Shown: positions 54,045 through 63,216, numbered from the stretch's first letter. The stretch is 63,216 nt of DNA from Bacteroidota bacterium (GCA_035914695.1 JAMIQH010000153.1:1-63216); one strand, 5' to 3'. Numbers and translations are program-made. The notes: generated by a model from the sequence alone, not told the origin.

Positions 54045-56762
54045 ATGAAGCGTATTTTCCTTTTCCTCTCCACACTGTTTCTGTGCTTGAACGCGCCGCT
54101 CCTCGCGCAGAAGGGCGGACTCTACGGCACCATTCGCGACGCGGACACCGGCGAGCCGCTGGTGGGCGCCAGCGTGCTGGTGGCTGGAACGTCGTTGGGC
54201 TCGTCCACCGACCTCGACGGCAAGTACAGCATTCGCGGCCTTGATGCAGGTACGGTCACGCTGCGTGTCTCCTATGTGGGCTACGCCGCCAAGGCGGTGA
54301 CCGGCGTCACCATCACTGCGCAAGAGAATCGGAAAGTGGATGTGGCATTGAAACCGGACGTGTACACCACCGAGGCGGTGGAGGTGTCGGCCGACCGCGA
54401 GCTTTCCACCGAGAGCGCGCTCTTGGCGGCGCGCAAGGCCGAGTCCACCATCGGCGACGGCTTCAGCGCCGAGCAGGTGAAGCTCTCGCCCGCGGCCACC
54501 ACCAGCGACGCGCTCAAGCGCGTGACCGGCGTCACCATTTACAATGACAAATTCGTGTACGTGCGCGGTGTGACCGACCGCTACAACGCCACACAGCTCA
54601 ACGGCGTGACGGTGACGAGCACCGATACGGATGTGGACAAGAAGAGCTTCGCTTTCGACCTCATTCCCGCCAACATGGTGGAAAACACCGTGGTCACGAA
54701 AACCGCCACGCCGGATTTGCCCGGCGATTTCACCGGCGGACTCGTGCGCATGAACACGCTGGATTTTCCAGATCAGCCGATGCTCAAACTCGGCATCTCC
54801 ACTTCGTACAATACCGACATCACCGGGAAGGACGCGTTGAAGTCGCAGGGCGGCGGCCGCGATTGGCTCGGCGTGGACGATGGCATCCGCAATATTCCCG
54901 ACATGACGCTGAATCAATACGAGATCGGGAAGACCCTGCCGAATTCCTGGAAGCAGCAGACCGGCAAAGCCCCGTGGAATGGCGCATTCGATCTGTCCTT
55001 CGGCGACCGCATGTTCGTGGGCGAAAATCAGATTGGTGCTATCGGCGCATTGACCTATCGCAACGGCTACAGCCGCGACGAGACGCAGTACTCGAACATC
55101 GAAGGCGGTACTGTGATCATCTCCGGTCCCGGTGTGCGCGACAAGTACAGCGTGCTCTGGGGCGGCTTGCTGAATCTCAGCGCGAAGTTGGGCGGGAATC
55201 ACAAGTTGAGCTGGAAGAACAGTTACAATCAGTCCGCCGAGGACAAGTTGACGAAGTTGGACGTGCGCGGCGACAATCTTCTTCCTTCGGACATTCGCAT
55301 CACCGAATGGGATCAACGCGCGGTGTTGGTCTCGCAGCTCTCGGGCGAACATCGCTTGGCATCGCTCGGCGGGGCGACGGTGGAATGGCGCGCGGCGTAT
55401 TCGCAGAGCATTGCCGACGAACCGGATCGCAAGCAGTCGATTTTCCAGGAAGTGGATCAAGACGTGTGGGCTCTGTCGGTGGCGGATCGCTCGTGGTCGA
55501 ATCTCGATGAATACTCCCGCACGCTGGGCGGCGACTTCACGCTGCCGCTGGGGCAGTCGAGCAAATTCAAAGTGGGTGGATTGTTCGAAAAGCGCGAGCG
55601 CTATTACGACATCAAATTTTTCCTTACCGAACTCGAGCGCGGCAGCCGGCGCTTCGATTTGCTGCTGCTGCCCATGGACAGCATTTTCGTGCCGTCGAAT
55701 TACGGACGCGACATGTTCGTGATGTCGGTGCTCTCCAACGCGCGCGACACGTACTGGGGCGAGCACACGAACATCGCCTACTACGCCATGGTGGATTTGC
55801 CGTTCAGCGTGCTCGATCAGCGTTTCCGTATCACCGGTGGAGCGCGTGTGGAAAATTCCGAGCAGCTCGTGTATACACTGAGTCCGTTCGCCACGAACGA
55901 GGAATATCGCGCCGAGGTGCGCAATGTGGACGTGTTGCCGTCGGCGAACTTCACCTGGCAGGCGACGGAGGATATCAACATTCGACTCGCGTACAGTCAT
56001 TCGGTGAACCGGCCGGAATTCCGTGAACTCGCTTCGTTCTATTTTTACGACTACAGCATTTACGAAGGCACCTTCGGCAATCCGCTGCTGCGCAGGGCGT
56101 TGTCGAAGAACTACGATGTGCGCGCCGAGCTGTTCCCTGGATTGGGAGAAGTGCTGGCGGTGAGTTGGTTCCGCAAGGAAATCACCGATCCCATCGAGAT
56201 GCGCATTCTGCCTTCCTCCAATCCCGAGCGCACCTGGTTCAACTCTCCCAACGGCATCAACAGTGGATGGGAGTTTGAGTTGCGCTCGTCGCTCCGTCTT
56301 CTGGGTGACTACGGGGAGAACTTCGTGCTCGGTGGGAATTACACGCGCGTATTTTCGGAAATCGAGTATCAGCAGGGGTACAAGGTGGACATGGGCGGCG
56401 GCGTGTATGTGGACGAGTTTCGCACCGAGTATCGTGAAATGCAGGGGCAGTCGCCGTACATGGTCAATCTGTATCTCACCTTCCGCGAGCCGACGCTCGG
56501 CACCTCGATCAATGTGCAGTACAACGCCTTCGGCAGTCGTCTCAACGCGGTGGGTGATGTGCGCGAATCGGATGTGTACGAGGTCGAGCGCGGCGTGACC
56601 GACATCACCGTGACACAATCGGTGACAGAGGCCTTGGAAGTCAAATTCACCGCGCACGACATCACTCCCGAGGACCAGGTGTACGAGACGCGGAGCAAGG
56701 ATCCGTATCGCGTGATTCGCAACGGATCGGTGTATTCGTTCAAGCTTTCGTACGCTTTCTAA
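54045..56762 (+). CDS. TonB-dependent receptor with carboxypeptidase-regulatory-like domain
   Basis: ORF 53949..56762. Start taken at MKRIFLFLSTLFLCLNAPLLAQ (ATG 54045). LYGTIRDADTGEPLVGASVLVAG...GKYSIRGLDAGTVTLRVSYVGYA is a CarboxypepD_reg-like domain. The C-terminal ...SFKLSYAF ends in an aromatic residue. Confidence 0.85.
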   Translation: MKRIFLFLSTLFLCLNAPLLAQKGGLYGTIRDADTGEPLVGASVLVAGTSLGSSTDLDGKYSIRGLDAGTVTLRVSYVGYAAKAVTGVTITAQENRKVDVALKPDVYTTEAVEVSADRELSTESALLAARKAESTIGDGFSAEQVKLSPAATTSDALKRVTGVTIYNDKFVYVRGVTDRYNATQLNGVTVTSTDTDVDKKSFAFDLIPANMVENTVVTKTATPDLPGDFTGGLVRMNTLDFPDQPMLKLGISTSYNTDITGKDALKSQGGGRDWLGVDDGIRNIPDMTLNQYEIGKTLPNSWKQQTGKAPWNGAFDLSFGDRMFVGENQIGAIGALTYRNGYSRDETQYSNIEGGTVIISGPGVRDKYSVLWGGLLNLSAKLGGNHKLSWKNSYNQSAEDKLTKLDVRGDNLLPSDIRITEWDQRAVLVSQLSGEHRLASLGGATVEWRAAYSQSIADEPDRKQSIFQEVDQDVWALSVADRSWSNLDEYSRTLGGDFTLPLGQSSKFKVGGLFEKRERYYDIKFFLTELERGSRRFDLLLLPMDSIFVPSNYGRDMFVMSVLSNARDTYWGEHTNIAYYAMVDLPFSVLDQRFRITGGARVENSEQLVYTLSPFATNEEYRAEVRNVDVLPSANFTWQATEDINIRLAYSHSVNRPEFRELASFYFYDYSIYEGTFGNPLLRRALSKNYDVRAELFPGLGEVLAVSWFRKEITDPIEMRILPSSNPERTWFNSPNGINSGWEFELRSSLRLLGDYGENFVLGGNYTRVFSEIEYQQGYKVDMGGGVYVDEFRTEYREMQGQSPYMVNLYLTFREPTLGTSINVQYNAFGSRLNAVGDVRESDVYEVERGVTDITVTQSVTEALEVKFTAHDITPEDQVYETRSKDPYRVIRNGSVYSFKLSYAF

Positions 56763-56930
56763 CATTGACGTCCTGTCACCATCGGGTTATAAAATGGTGT
56801 TGAAGCGGCAATCGAGAATTAACACAGCGTTGACCGCGTGCGAACACAGCGGGACTAGATTGGACGTTGTGATGAAACGCGGTACTCCCGCACGCTGAAG
56901 TCGGATGCGCCACTCCGTTATGTGGCGCCC

Positions 56931-56974
56931 GGTGTTGACGCATCGGCACAGCTTCGTGAAAACCTGGTGATCTC
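56931..56974 (+). promoter_or_regulatory. conserved box pair GGTGTTGACGCA ... AACCTGGTGATCTC (copy 2)
   Basis: Lies 165 bp upstream of the ATG at 57139. Both boxes are identical to copy 1, but the spacer differs in length (18 vs 22 nt). Confidence 0.4.
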
Positions 56975-57138
56975 TGTGGTGTGTGTTTGGCCGGATTTCT
57001 CCGGAATGATGGACTCCACAGGTCAATGCGGATGTGGCAACGGGCAAACTGCCCACCATGTGCGCGCGATGGACAAGGAGGTACATCGTCCCGCACATCG
57101 ATCCAGACTGAAACAGTTCTGTCATTCATGGAGAAATC

Positions 57139-59055
57139 ATGAAACGTCATTTGTTCACTGTCCTCGCTATCGCTCTGCTGCTCGTCGCACAGGACGCGTT
57201 TGCGCAGAAGCCGACGAAGGTGATCGGCCCGGGCGTTGGTTCGGGTCGTACCGTGTACCATCAGACCAGCAACGTGTTGCTGGATCGCGATACCGTGTAC
57301 ATTCTCACCGGTATTTATTTCGTTGACTCCACCAAAACCCTGACCATCGAGTCGGGTACCACCATTCTGGGCGACTCGGCAGCGGTGCTGACGATTTCCC
57401 GCGGTGGAACTATCATCGCCAACGGTACGGCTTCCGAGCCGATCGTCATGACCAGCGCTCGTCCCGTCGGTTCCCGCAAGCCGGGTGACTGGGGTGGCGT
57501 GGTGGTGCTCGGCAACGCCCCGACCAATCAGGTCAATCCGCTCATCGAAGGCGGCATCGTGCCGGGTTCCTATGGCGGTCCGAATCCCAACGACAACAGC
57601 GGTATCATCCGCTACGTGCGCATCGAGTATCCGGGCTATCGCTTCCAGCTCAACAACGAGACCAACGGTTTGACCATGGGCGGCGTCGGCAACGGTACCA
57701 CCATTGAATACGTGCAGGTCAGCTATTCTTTCGATGACGGCTTCGAGTGGTTCGGCGGCACGGTCAACTGCAAGTACCTCGTGACCGTGGGCGAGACCGA
57801 CGACGGTTTCGATACCGATTTCGGTTTCCAGGGCAAGGTGCAGTTCGGTTTGGGCACGAAGGATCCGGATTGGTGGGATCCGACGGACAACTCGCGTGCC
57901 ATCGAGACCGACAATGCCGGCAACGCCGCGCAGTACGCCTCGAACCCGCGCACGAATCCCATTTTCTCGAACATGACCCTCATTGGTCCGAAGCGCACCG
58001 ACGGCACGACCGTGCCCGCGGGCGAGCGTTTCGACTACGCGTTGATGTTCCGCCGCGGTACGCAGCAGAACCTGTTCAACAGCGCCGTGGTGGGCTACGA
58101 GCGCACCATGTCCTTCCGTGATCTTGAGACCTATCAGTCGATCGACCATCCCACGTACACGAACGAGCTGATCCGTGTGCGCAACACCAGCTTCGCTTCC
58201 TACGTCGGTTCCGTCGATTCCGTCGAGACTTCGGGTACGGGTGTGGTGAAAGCGGATGTCGGCACCTGGCTGAATCGCAACGGCAACAGCTGGGGCGGAA
58301 CGGCGTTCACCTCGCGTCAGCCGAGTTCGCTCGCGCTCGTGAACATGTCGTCCCTGACCAATCCCGATCCGCGTCCGGGCGTGGGTACCGAACTTGCCAC
58401 GGCGGGCACGGACTTCACGTTGCTCAACACACTTGCTCCGGGCTACTTCACCTCGACTTCGTATCGTGGTGCCTTCGATCCCTCCGTTGCGATGTCGTCG
58501 CAGTGGACTGCCGGTTGGACGAACTTCGACCCGCAGAACACGCCGTACAACATTCCGAGCAATGGTACATACAATCTGATGAACGCCGGCTGGAACATCG
58601 TGTCCGTGCCGCGCTTCGTTGCTTCCGATTCCTCCGTCAACACCGTGTTCCCGGGCACGCTCGGTTCCACCGTGTACGCGTACAACGGTTCCTCGTACAA
58701 CTCCATCAGCGGTGCGGGCGTGGTCAGCGCCGGTCCGGGTTACTGGGCCTACTTCCCCGCGAGCCGCACGACGGCCGTGGTGGGCACCAGCGTCGACAGC
58801 TACAAGATCACCGTCAACCAGAATGGCTGGGTGCTGATCGGTGGTGTGAACGGCTATGTCGAGGACAAGACCCTGCCGCTCGACGGTGACGCCGATGTTG
58901 TGACCGTTCCCGCCGGCAAGATTCTCGCTGGCGACGTGTGGGGTTACAACGGTACGTCGTACGAGACCGTGAACCGCATGGTGCCTGGTCGCGGATACTG
59001 GGTGTACGTCAGCTCCACGACCTTCCCCGTGGACATCATCGTGACCCGCAACTGA
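57139..59055 (+). CDS. secreted beta-helix-like protein, function unknown
   Basis: ORF 638 aa. Signal peptide MKRHLFTVLAIALLLVAQDAFAQ. The conserved SFDDGFEWFGGTVN / DDGFDTDFGFQG motifs are ones I recall in hypothetical proteins encoded next to TonB-dependent receptors. The C-terminal GWNIVSVP...GRGYWVY module is present. Confidence 0.65.
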   Translation: MKRHLFTVLAIALLLVAQDAFAQKPTKVIGPGVGSGRTVYHQTSNVLLDRDTVYILTGIYFVDSTKTLTIESGTTILGDSAAVLTISRGGTIIANGTASEPIVMTSARPVGSRKPGDWGGVVVLGNAPTNQVNPLIEGGIVPGSYGGPNPNDNSGIIRYVRIEYPGYRFQLNNETNGLTMGGVGNGTTIEYVQVSYSFDDGFEWFGGTVNCKYLVTVGETDDGFDTDFGFQGKVQFGLGTKDPDWWDPTDNSRAIETDNAGNAAQYASNPRTNPIFSNMTLIGPKRTDGTTVPAGERFDYALMFRRGTQQNLFNSAVVGYERTMSFRDLETYQSIDHPTYTNELIRVRNTSFASYVGSVDSVETSGTGVVKADVGTWLNRNGNSWGGTAFTSRQPSSLALVNMSSLTNPDPRPGVGTELATAGTDFTLLNTLAPGYFTSTSYRGAFDPSVAMSSQWTAGWTNFDPQNTPYNIPSNGTYNLMNAGWNIVSVPRFVASDSSVNTVFPGTLGSTVYAYNGSSYNSISGAGVVSAGPGYWAYFPASRTTAVVGTSVDSYKITVNQNGWVLIGGVNGYVEDKTLPLDGDADVVTVPAGKILAGDVWGYNGTSYETVNRMVPGRGYWVYVSSTTFPVDIIVTRN

Positions 59056-59105
59056 TTTCCCGAGCTGTAATAACAAAAATCAGATATCAACGGAGTACAG
59101 AAGCA

Positions 59106-61349
59106 ATGAAAACGAAATTTCTCACACTGATCGTCATGCTGTTGCTTGCGGCGCCGAGTGTGTTTGCGCAGAGCGTCAGCTTCAGCAAGCAGATCACCGT
59201 TACCGCGGGTCCGAATACGCAGAATCTCTTCATCGGCGTGAACGGCGACGGCGCCGGTCCGAATCTCGACAACAGCGTGGGTCTCGATACGGACGCCGGT
59301 CTCGGCGCCTATCAGGAAGCCCCCGCGCCCCCCGCGCCCCCCGCGCCTTTCGATTTCGACTGCCGTATCGTGACCGTCCCCGGCCGCACGACCGGTATCC
59401 CGAACGGTCTCGGTGGCGGTGTGTACAAGGATTACCGCGCCTCTTTCAACTCGACGCGGGTGGACTCCTTCATGGTCCGCATTCAGGGTGATTACTGCGA
59501 CGTCAACGGCGCCACGATCAGCTGGCCCGCCGGTCTCGCGACCAACGGCACCTCCTGGATCATCAAGCCGCGCAGCGGTTCTGCCTTTGCCACGACGGAC
59601 ATGACCACCGCGACCTCCGTGGTTGTGCCCGCTCCGAGCACCGGCGCTCCGTTCGATGTGATCATCATCAAGACGGGCGCCTTCGTGCCTGCCGCGGTGA
59701 ATTTCAGCGCCTCCCCGAATCCGCTCGCGTTCGGTATTGTCAACACCGGCAACACCGCCACGCAGACCCTGACCATCACCAACACCGGTACGTCGGCCGC
59801 GCTGAATATCACCGCGATCAGCACGACCTTTGCCGGCACCGATTTCTCCTTCGTCACCACTCCGACCACGCCGATCAACCTGAACGCCGGTCAGAGCACG
59901 ACCATTCAGGTGCAGTTTGCTCCGATCGCCGGTGGCGCGCAGAGCGCCGCCATCACGTTCACGCACAACGCGGCCGGTTCGCCGACCACGATCAACGTGA
60001 CGGGTACGGGCAATGCGCAGGGTGGCACGCTGTGCTTCCGTTCGGCTGGCCAGAATGTGGGCGACGCCCTCACCGGTCTGCGCGACACCGTGCAGCTCTC
60101 GAACTACGCGGGCAAGGCCCTCCGCGCCCTGCAGTTCCGCATCATCAACGGCTCGAACAGCCGCCTCAACAGCGTCGAGCGCGGCGCCCGCATTGCGGAT
60201 CCCGCAAAGTGGATCTTCCAGTATGAAATCGGTCGCGGTCCGGTGAATCCCTCGACCTTCGCGGCGATCGACACCATCCGCCTCGTCATCCTCGGCGTTT
60301 CGGATTCCATCGACGCCGGCGTCGGTCCGCACGACCTCGCCTATTTCACCTACTCGACGACCAACACTCCGCTCGACACGACCACCACCATGTCCCTCGC
60401 CGAAATCGTCGGTTCGACCTCGCTTGGCGGCAACGCCCAGGTGACGAGCTGCGCCGGTGTGCAGAACATCCGCATCACGGATCTCGGTATCGGTCAGAAG
60501 GGTGACTCCAATGCCGATGGTTTCATCGACATTCTTGATCTCCTTCAGGTCATCGATCATATCCTCGGTCGCATCACTCTGCAAGGTTCGGCCTTCACGC
60601 GCTCGGATGTGTCGCCCTGGCCCGCCGGCAACGGCACGCTGGACGCCACCGACGTTGCTCTCCTGCAGCAGATGATTCTCGACGGCGAATTCCCCGATGG
60701 CACGCCCCTTCCGTTCGCCGGCAAGGGTTCGTCCGTGACGAAGTCCGCCTCGCGCGCCACGCTGTACCTGCATGTGAACGACAACGTCATCAACGCCCGC
60801 CTCGACGCTCCTGTGTCGGTGAAGGGTGTGCAGATGGACGTTCGTGGTGCCGCGATCAGCGCCGCGCCGACGTCGAACAACGGTACCGTGCTCGCCGGCC
60901 GTTCGGGTCGCGTGCTGTTCTACAACGCCGACGGTGTGCAGTCCGGCGATCTGTTCACGCTGCCTGTGAACGGTATGGGCAATGTGGACGCCGCGAATGT
61001 GATCGTGGCCGACGAGAACAACAACGCCATGGATGTGAATGTGGTGATGGTCAAGCAGGGTGCCGCTCCGGCCGCCTTCACGCTTGAGCAGAACTACCCG
61101 AATCCCTTCAACCCCTCGACCACGATCAGCTTCAGCGTTCCCGAGACCATGCCTGTGCGCGTGAGCGTGTACAACAGTCTTGGCAACGAGGTGCGCGCGC
61201 TGTTCAACGGCGTTGCCGAAGCCGGCACGCACAGCATCAGCTGGAATGGCACCGACGCCAATGGCGCGGCCGTCACTTCCGGCATGTACTTCTACCGCCT
61301 GAGCGCCGACGGTTTCTCCGCCGTGCGTAGCATGACGCTGTCGAAGTAA
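59106..61349 (+). CDS. secreted multidomain protein: LPPxPP-FDxR module, Ig-like (choice-of-anchor-D-like) domain, cohesin-like region, dockerin-like repeats, T9SS CTD
   Basis: ORF 58938..61349. Start taken at MKTKFLTLIVMLLLAAPSVFAQ (ATG 59106). GDSNADGFIDILDLLQVIDHILG and GNGTLDATDVALLQQMIL are dockerin-like. The CTD is LEQNYPNPFNPSTTISF...GMYFYRLSADGFSAVRSMTLSK. Confidence 0.75.
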   Translation: MKTKFLTLIVMLLLAAPSVFAQSVSFSKQITVTAGPNTQNLFIGVNGDGAGPNLDNSVGLDTDAGLGAYQEAPAPPAPPAPFDFDCRIVTVPGRTTGIPNGLGGGVYKDYRASFNSTRVDSFMVRIQGDYCDVNGATISWPAGLATNGTSWIIKPRSGSAFATTDMTTATSVVVPAPSTGAPFDVIIIKTGAFVPAAVNFSASPNPLAFGIVNTGNTATQTLTITNTGTSAALNITAISTTFAGTDFSFVTTPTTPINLNAGQSTTIQVQFAPIAGGAQSAAITFTHNAAGSPTTINVTGTGNAQGGTLCFRSAGQNVGDALTGLRDTVQLSNYAGKALRALQFRIINGSNSRLNSVERGARIADPAKWIFQYEIGRGPVNPSTFAAIDTIRLVILGVSDSIDAGVGPHDLAYFTYSTTNTPLDTTTTMSLAEIVGSTSLGGNAQVTSCAGVQNIRITDLGIGQKGDSNADGFIDILDLLQVIDHILGRITLQGSAFTRSDVSPWPAGNGTLDATDVALLQQMILDGEFPDGTPLPFAGKGSSVTKSASRATLYLHVNDNVINARLDAPVSVKGVQMDVRGAAISAAPTSNNGTVLAGRSGRVLFYNADGVQSGDLFTLPVNGMGNVDAANVIVADENNNAMDVNVVMVKQGAAPAAFTLEQNYPNPFNPSTTISFSVPETMPVRVSVYNSLGNEVRALFNGVAEAGTHSISWNGTDANGAAVTSGMYFYRLSADGFSAVRSMTLSK

Positions 61350-61368
61350 GCTCCGTAACGCAACCGAG

Positions 61369-61404
61369 CGTCTGTCCCGCGCGCTGCATCGCGCGGGACA
61401 GACG
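61369..61404 (+). terminator. strong GC hairpin after the 748-aa gene
   Basis: cgtctgtcccgcgcg-ctgcat-cgcgcgggacagacg, a 15-bp perfect stem, lies 20 nt after the stop at 61349. No clear U-tract. Confidence 0.6.
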
Positions 61405-61445
61405 CACGATAACAGGAACATCAAACGCTCACATACGAGGAATTC

Positions 61446-62279
61446 ATGCGACGCACGATTACCGTTTTTCTCCTGCTGCTTCTCGCCACTGCCGCTCAGG
61501 CACAGGTCTCGTTCAAGATTCCCATTTTTGTGCGCATCGGTGAGGTCGGGGACACCTTGTACCTCGGCGTCAATCCGGGCAACACCATCGGCATCGACGG
61601 GGATGGCTCTTTCGGGGAGTTTCAGGAATCGATGATGCCGCCGCTTCCGCCGCCGCCTTTTCCCTACGACGCGCGTTTCATCACCCTGCCAGGCCGCGTG
61701 ACGGAGTTTCCCACCGGTTTGGGAACGGGAACCAACCGTGACTTCCGTCCCTACATCGATGCCGCGCAGATTGATTCCTTCCGCATCCGCGTTTCCGGTG
61801 AATTAATGGAAACGTTGCCCATCGTGCTGTCCTGGCCCGACAATCTCGCCAACTATGCCGAGGGATGGACCATCAAACCGCAGGCCGGAACGGATTGGCC
61901 GCTGACCAACATGCTGACCGATACCACCGTCACCATCCCGCCTTTGGGTGTGCCGACGATTATCATCATCAAACAAGGAGCGCGGGTCGTGAACGTGGAA
62001 TCCTTCCCGACACCCGGAGCATTGGCCCTGCATCAGAATTATCCCAACCCCTTCAATCCTTCCACCTGTATCGCCTTCACCGTACCCGAGCGCATGACCG
62101 TGTCGCTGGACGTGTACGACGTGCTGGGCAGGCATGTGCGCATGGTCGCGCAGGGAAGTTTTGAAGCGGGACGGCATGTGGCGACCTTCGACGCGTCGGG
62201 CATGGCCAGCGGGAATTACTTCTTCGTGCTGCGTTCGGGTGAGCGCGCGCTTTCACGCACCTTCACCGTGCTGCGATAA
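61446..62279 (+). CDS. secreted protein: LPPxPP-FDxR module plus T9SS CTD
   Basis: ORF 277 aa. Signal peptide MRRTITVFLLLLLATAAQAQ. The CTD is LHQNYPNPFNPSTCIAF...GNYFFVLRSGERALSRTFTVLR. Confidence 0.75.
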   Translation: MRRTITVFLLLLLATAAQAQVSFKIPIFVRIGEVGDTLYLGVNPGNTIGIDGDGSFGEFQESMMPPLPPPPFPYDARFITLPGRVTEFPTGLGTGTNRDFRPYIDAAQIDSFRIRVSGELMETLPIVLSWPDNLANYAEGWTIKPQAGTDWPLTNMLTDTTVTIPPLGVPTIIIIKQGARVVNVESFPTPGALALHQNYPNPFNPSTCIAFTVPERMTVSLDVYDVLGRHVRMVAQGSFEAGRHVATFDASGMASGNYFFVLRSGERALSRTFTVLR

Positions 62280-62282
62280 GCG

Positions 62283-62807
62283 ATGGGCAGGCGTGGAAGG
62301 ACGCTTACGGGCGTTGTGCTGTTGTTTCTTTGTATCACCGCGGCGGGACAGGGACAGGTCCCGCTGCGGGATTCGTTGCGCGTGTTCGTAACGGATGCGG
62401 CGGGCAGCGCGCATGTGATTCTGTTCGGTCATCATGATGATGCGAGTGATGATTTCGACATCGCGTTGGGCGAGTCACCGGTTCCGCCCGTGCCCTTCGA
62501 TCTCGTGTTCGACGCACGCTTCGTGGATCGTCCCGGCGTGCCGCGCGTGCCCGAAACCGGTGCCTACCGCGACATCCGAAAGCCGGGCGAAGCGCGGATC
62601 GACACCTTTCTCATTCGCGTGCAGCCGGTGAACAACGCGTGGCCGATGGAATTGCGCTGGCGGGAAGACGAAGCACAGCAATTCATGCAATTGCTGCTGC
62701 GACCGCGGGACTCCGAGGGCGCGTTCATCGATATGCAATCCCAGAGCCGTTACGTGCTTGCGCATGACACGAGGCAGCCCATTCTCATTCTTGTGCGCAG
62801 ACATTGA
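62283..62807 (+). CDS. small secreted protein consisting of one LPPxPP-FDxR-type module
   Basis: ORF 174 aa. Signal peptide-like MGRRGRTLTGVVLLFLCITAAGQG. GESPVPPVPFDLVFDARFVDRPG...IDTFLIRVQ aligns with the N-termini of the neighbouring proteins. Confidence 0.6.
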   Translation: MGRRGRTLTGVVLLFLCITAAGQGQVPLRDSLRVFVTDAAGSAHVILFGHHDDASDDFDIALGESPVPPVPFDLVFDARFVDRPGVPRVPETGAYRDIRKPGEARIDTFLIRVQPVNNAWPMELRWREDEAQQFMQLLLRPRDSEGAFIDMQSQSRYVLAHDTRQPILILVRRH

Positions 62808-62835
62808 ACAACGCGGAATAATCAAGAGGATTTCC

Positions 62836-63216
62836 ATGCGGCACGTTTTTCCATCATCACACTCGCCACATCCGACGCGTACGCTGCTCGCGCTCGTCGT
62901 GTTCATTTCCGCCTTCGCATTCCCGGAGATGAACGCGATCGCGGACTGGTTGACGCCCGCGCAGGGTGGAGTGCTGCGCTTCGCCGACGCACTGCGCACG
63001 CAACCCGACGACACCAAGGGGCTGCGGGACAGTATTGTGCTTGCCAACTACGATGGGCTCCCCCTCAAGGCACTGCAATTTCGTTTCAGGAACACCAGCA
63101 GCAGGGTGCGCATCGCCTCGGTGGAGCTTGCGCCCTCGCTGCGCAACGACCCGCGCTGGCTGTTCATGTCGGACATTCGCCGCAGCGTTGTGCAACCGGA
63201 CCTTGGCAGCAACGAC
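62836..63216 (+). CDS. secreted protein, 5' part (runs off the right edge); paralog of the cohesin-like region of the 59106-61349 protein
   Basis: Absent from the ORF track because it is open at the edge. My translation from ATG 62836 is MRHVFPSSHSPHPTRTLLALVVFISAFAFPE...GVLRFADALRTQPDDTKGLRDSIVLANYDGLPLKALQFRFRNTSSRVRIASVE.... Compare GTLCFRSAGQNVGDALTGLRDTVQLSNYAGKALRALQFRIINGSNSRLNSVE in the 748-aa protein. Confidence 0.6.
   Translation, partial: MRHVFPSSHSPHPTRTLLALVVFISAFAFPEMNAIADWLTPAQGGVLRFADALRTQPDDTKGLRDSIVLANYDGLPLKALQFRFRNTSSRVRIASVELAPSLRNDPRWLFMSDIRRSVVQPDLGSND

Noticed and set aside
53091-56765. 1224-aa minus-strand ORF, one of the longest in the track
   Set aside because: It lies exactly antisense to the well-supported TonB-dependent receptor (54045-56762). 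Its composition is Arg/Ala/Gly/His-rich and low-complexity, with no recognisable motif. It is a typical GC-rich shadow ORF.
58944-61424. 826-aa minus-strand ORF
   Set aside because: It is antisense to the 59106-61349 gene, which has a signal peptide, dockerin-like repeats and a CTD. It is a shadow ORF.

Overview
High-GC bacterial chromosome segment. Repeated T9SS-type C-terminal sorting domains (NYPNPF...) and a PorV/PorQ barrel point to an FCB-superphylum-like organism; I cannot resolve the lineage. No rRNA, tRNA or CRISPR array was recognised. Many long ORFs in the track are antisense shadow ORFs typical of GC-rich DNA and are not called. Layout: (1) 1-4978, minus-strand operon of KamA-family radical-SAM aminomutase, CoA-transferase A/B, class-III aminotransferase and thiolase. 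(2) 5617-16795, minus-strand outer-membrane cluster: lipoproteins, TonB-dependent receptor translationally coupled to PorV/PorQ, NHL lipoprotein, two T9SS cargo proteins. (3) 16943-25653, mostly housekeeping genes (FAH hydrolase, M23 peptidase, MtaB, SDR, LKR/SDH-like) with one block of tandem 93-bp repeats. (4) 25681-37335, accessory region where each gene unit is separated by a member of one dispersed repeat family. At the window centre sits a visibly AT-richer, mosaic type IC restriction-modification locus with the E. coli prr architecture (hsdM, hsdS, PrrC-like ATPase/anticodon-nuclease candidate, hsdR). It also carries a class-III Fic toxin-like gene coupled between hsdM and hsdS, a decayed rhuM remnant, and a 4x 12-bp TAEL-type repeat in hsdS. 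The region 26705-36262, which holds this locus and a DUF1801 gene, is bracketed by 143-bp direct repeats. This locus is my best candidate for the unusual system. (5) 37353-43482, AddA/AddB-type helicase-nuclease. (6) 44204-63216, dense plus-strand cluster of secreted or T9SS-sorted proteins plus a second TonB-dependent receptor. These proteins share at least two uncharacterised sequence modules and include a cohesin-like plus dockerin-like protein.
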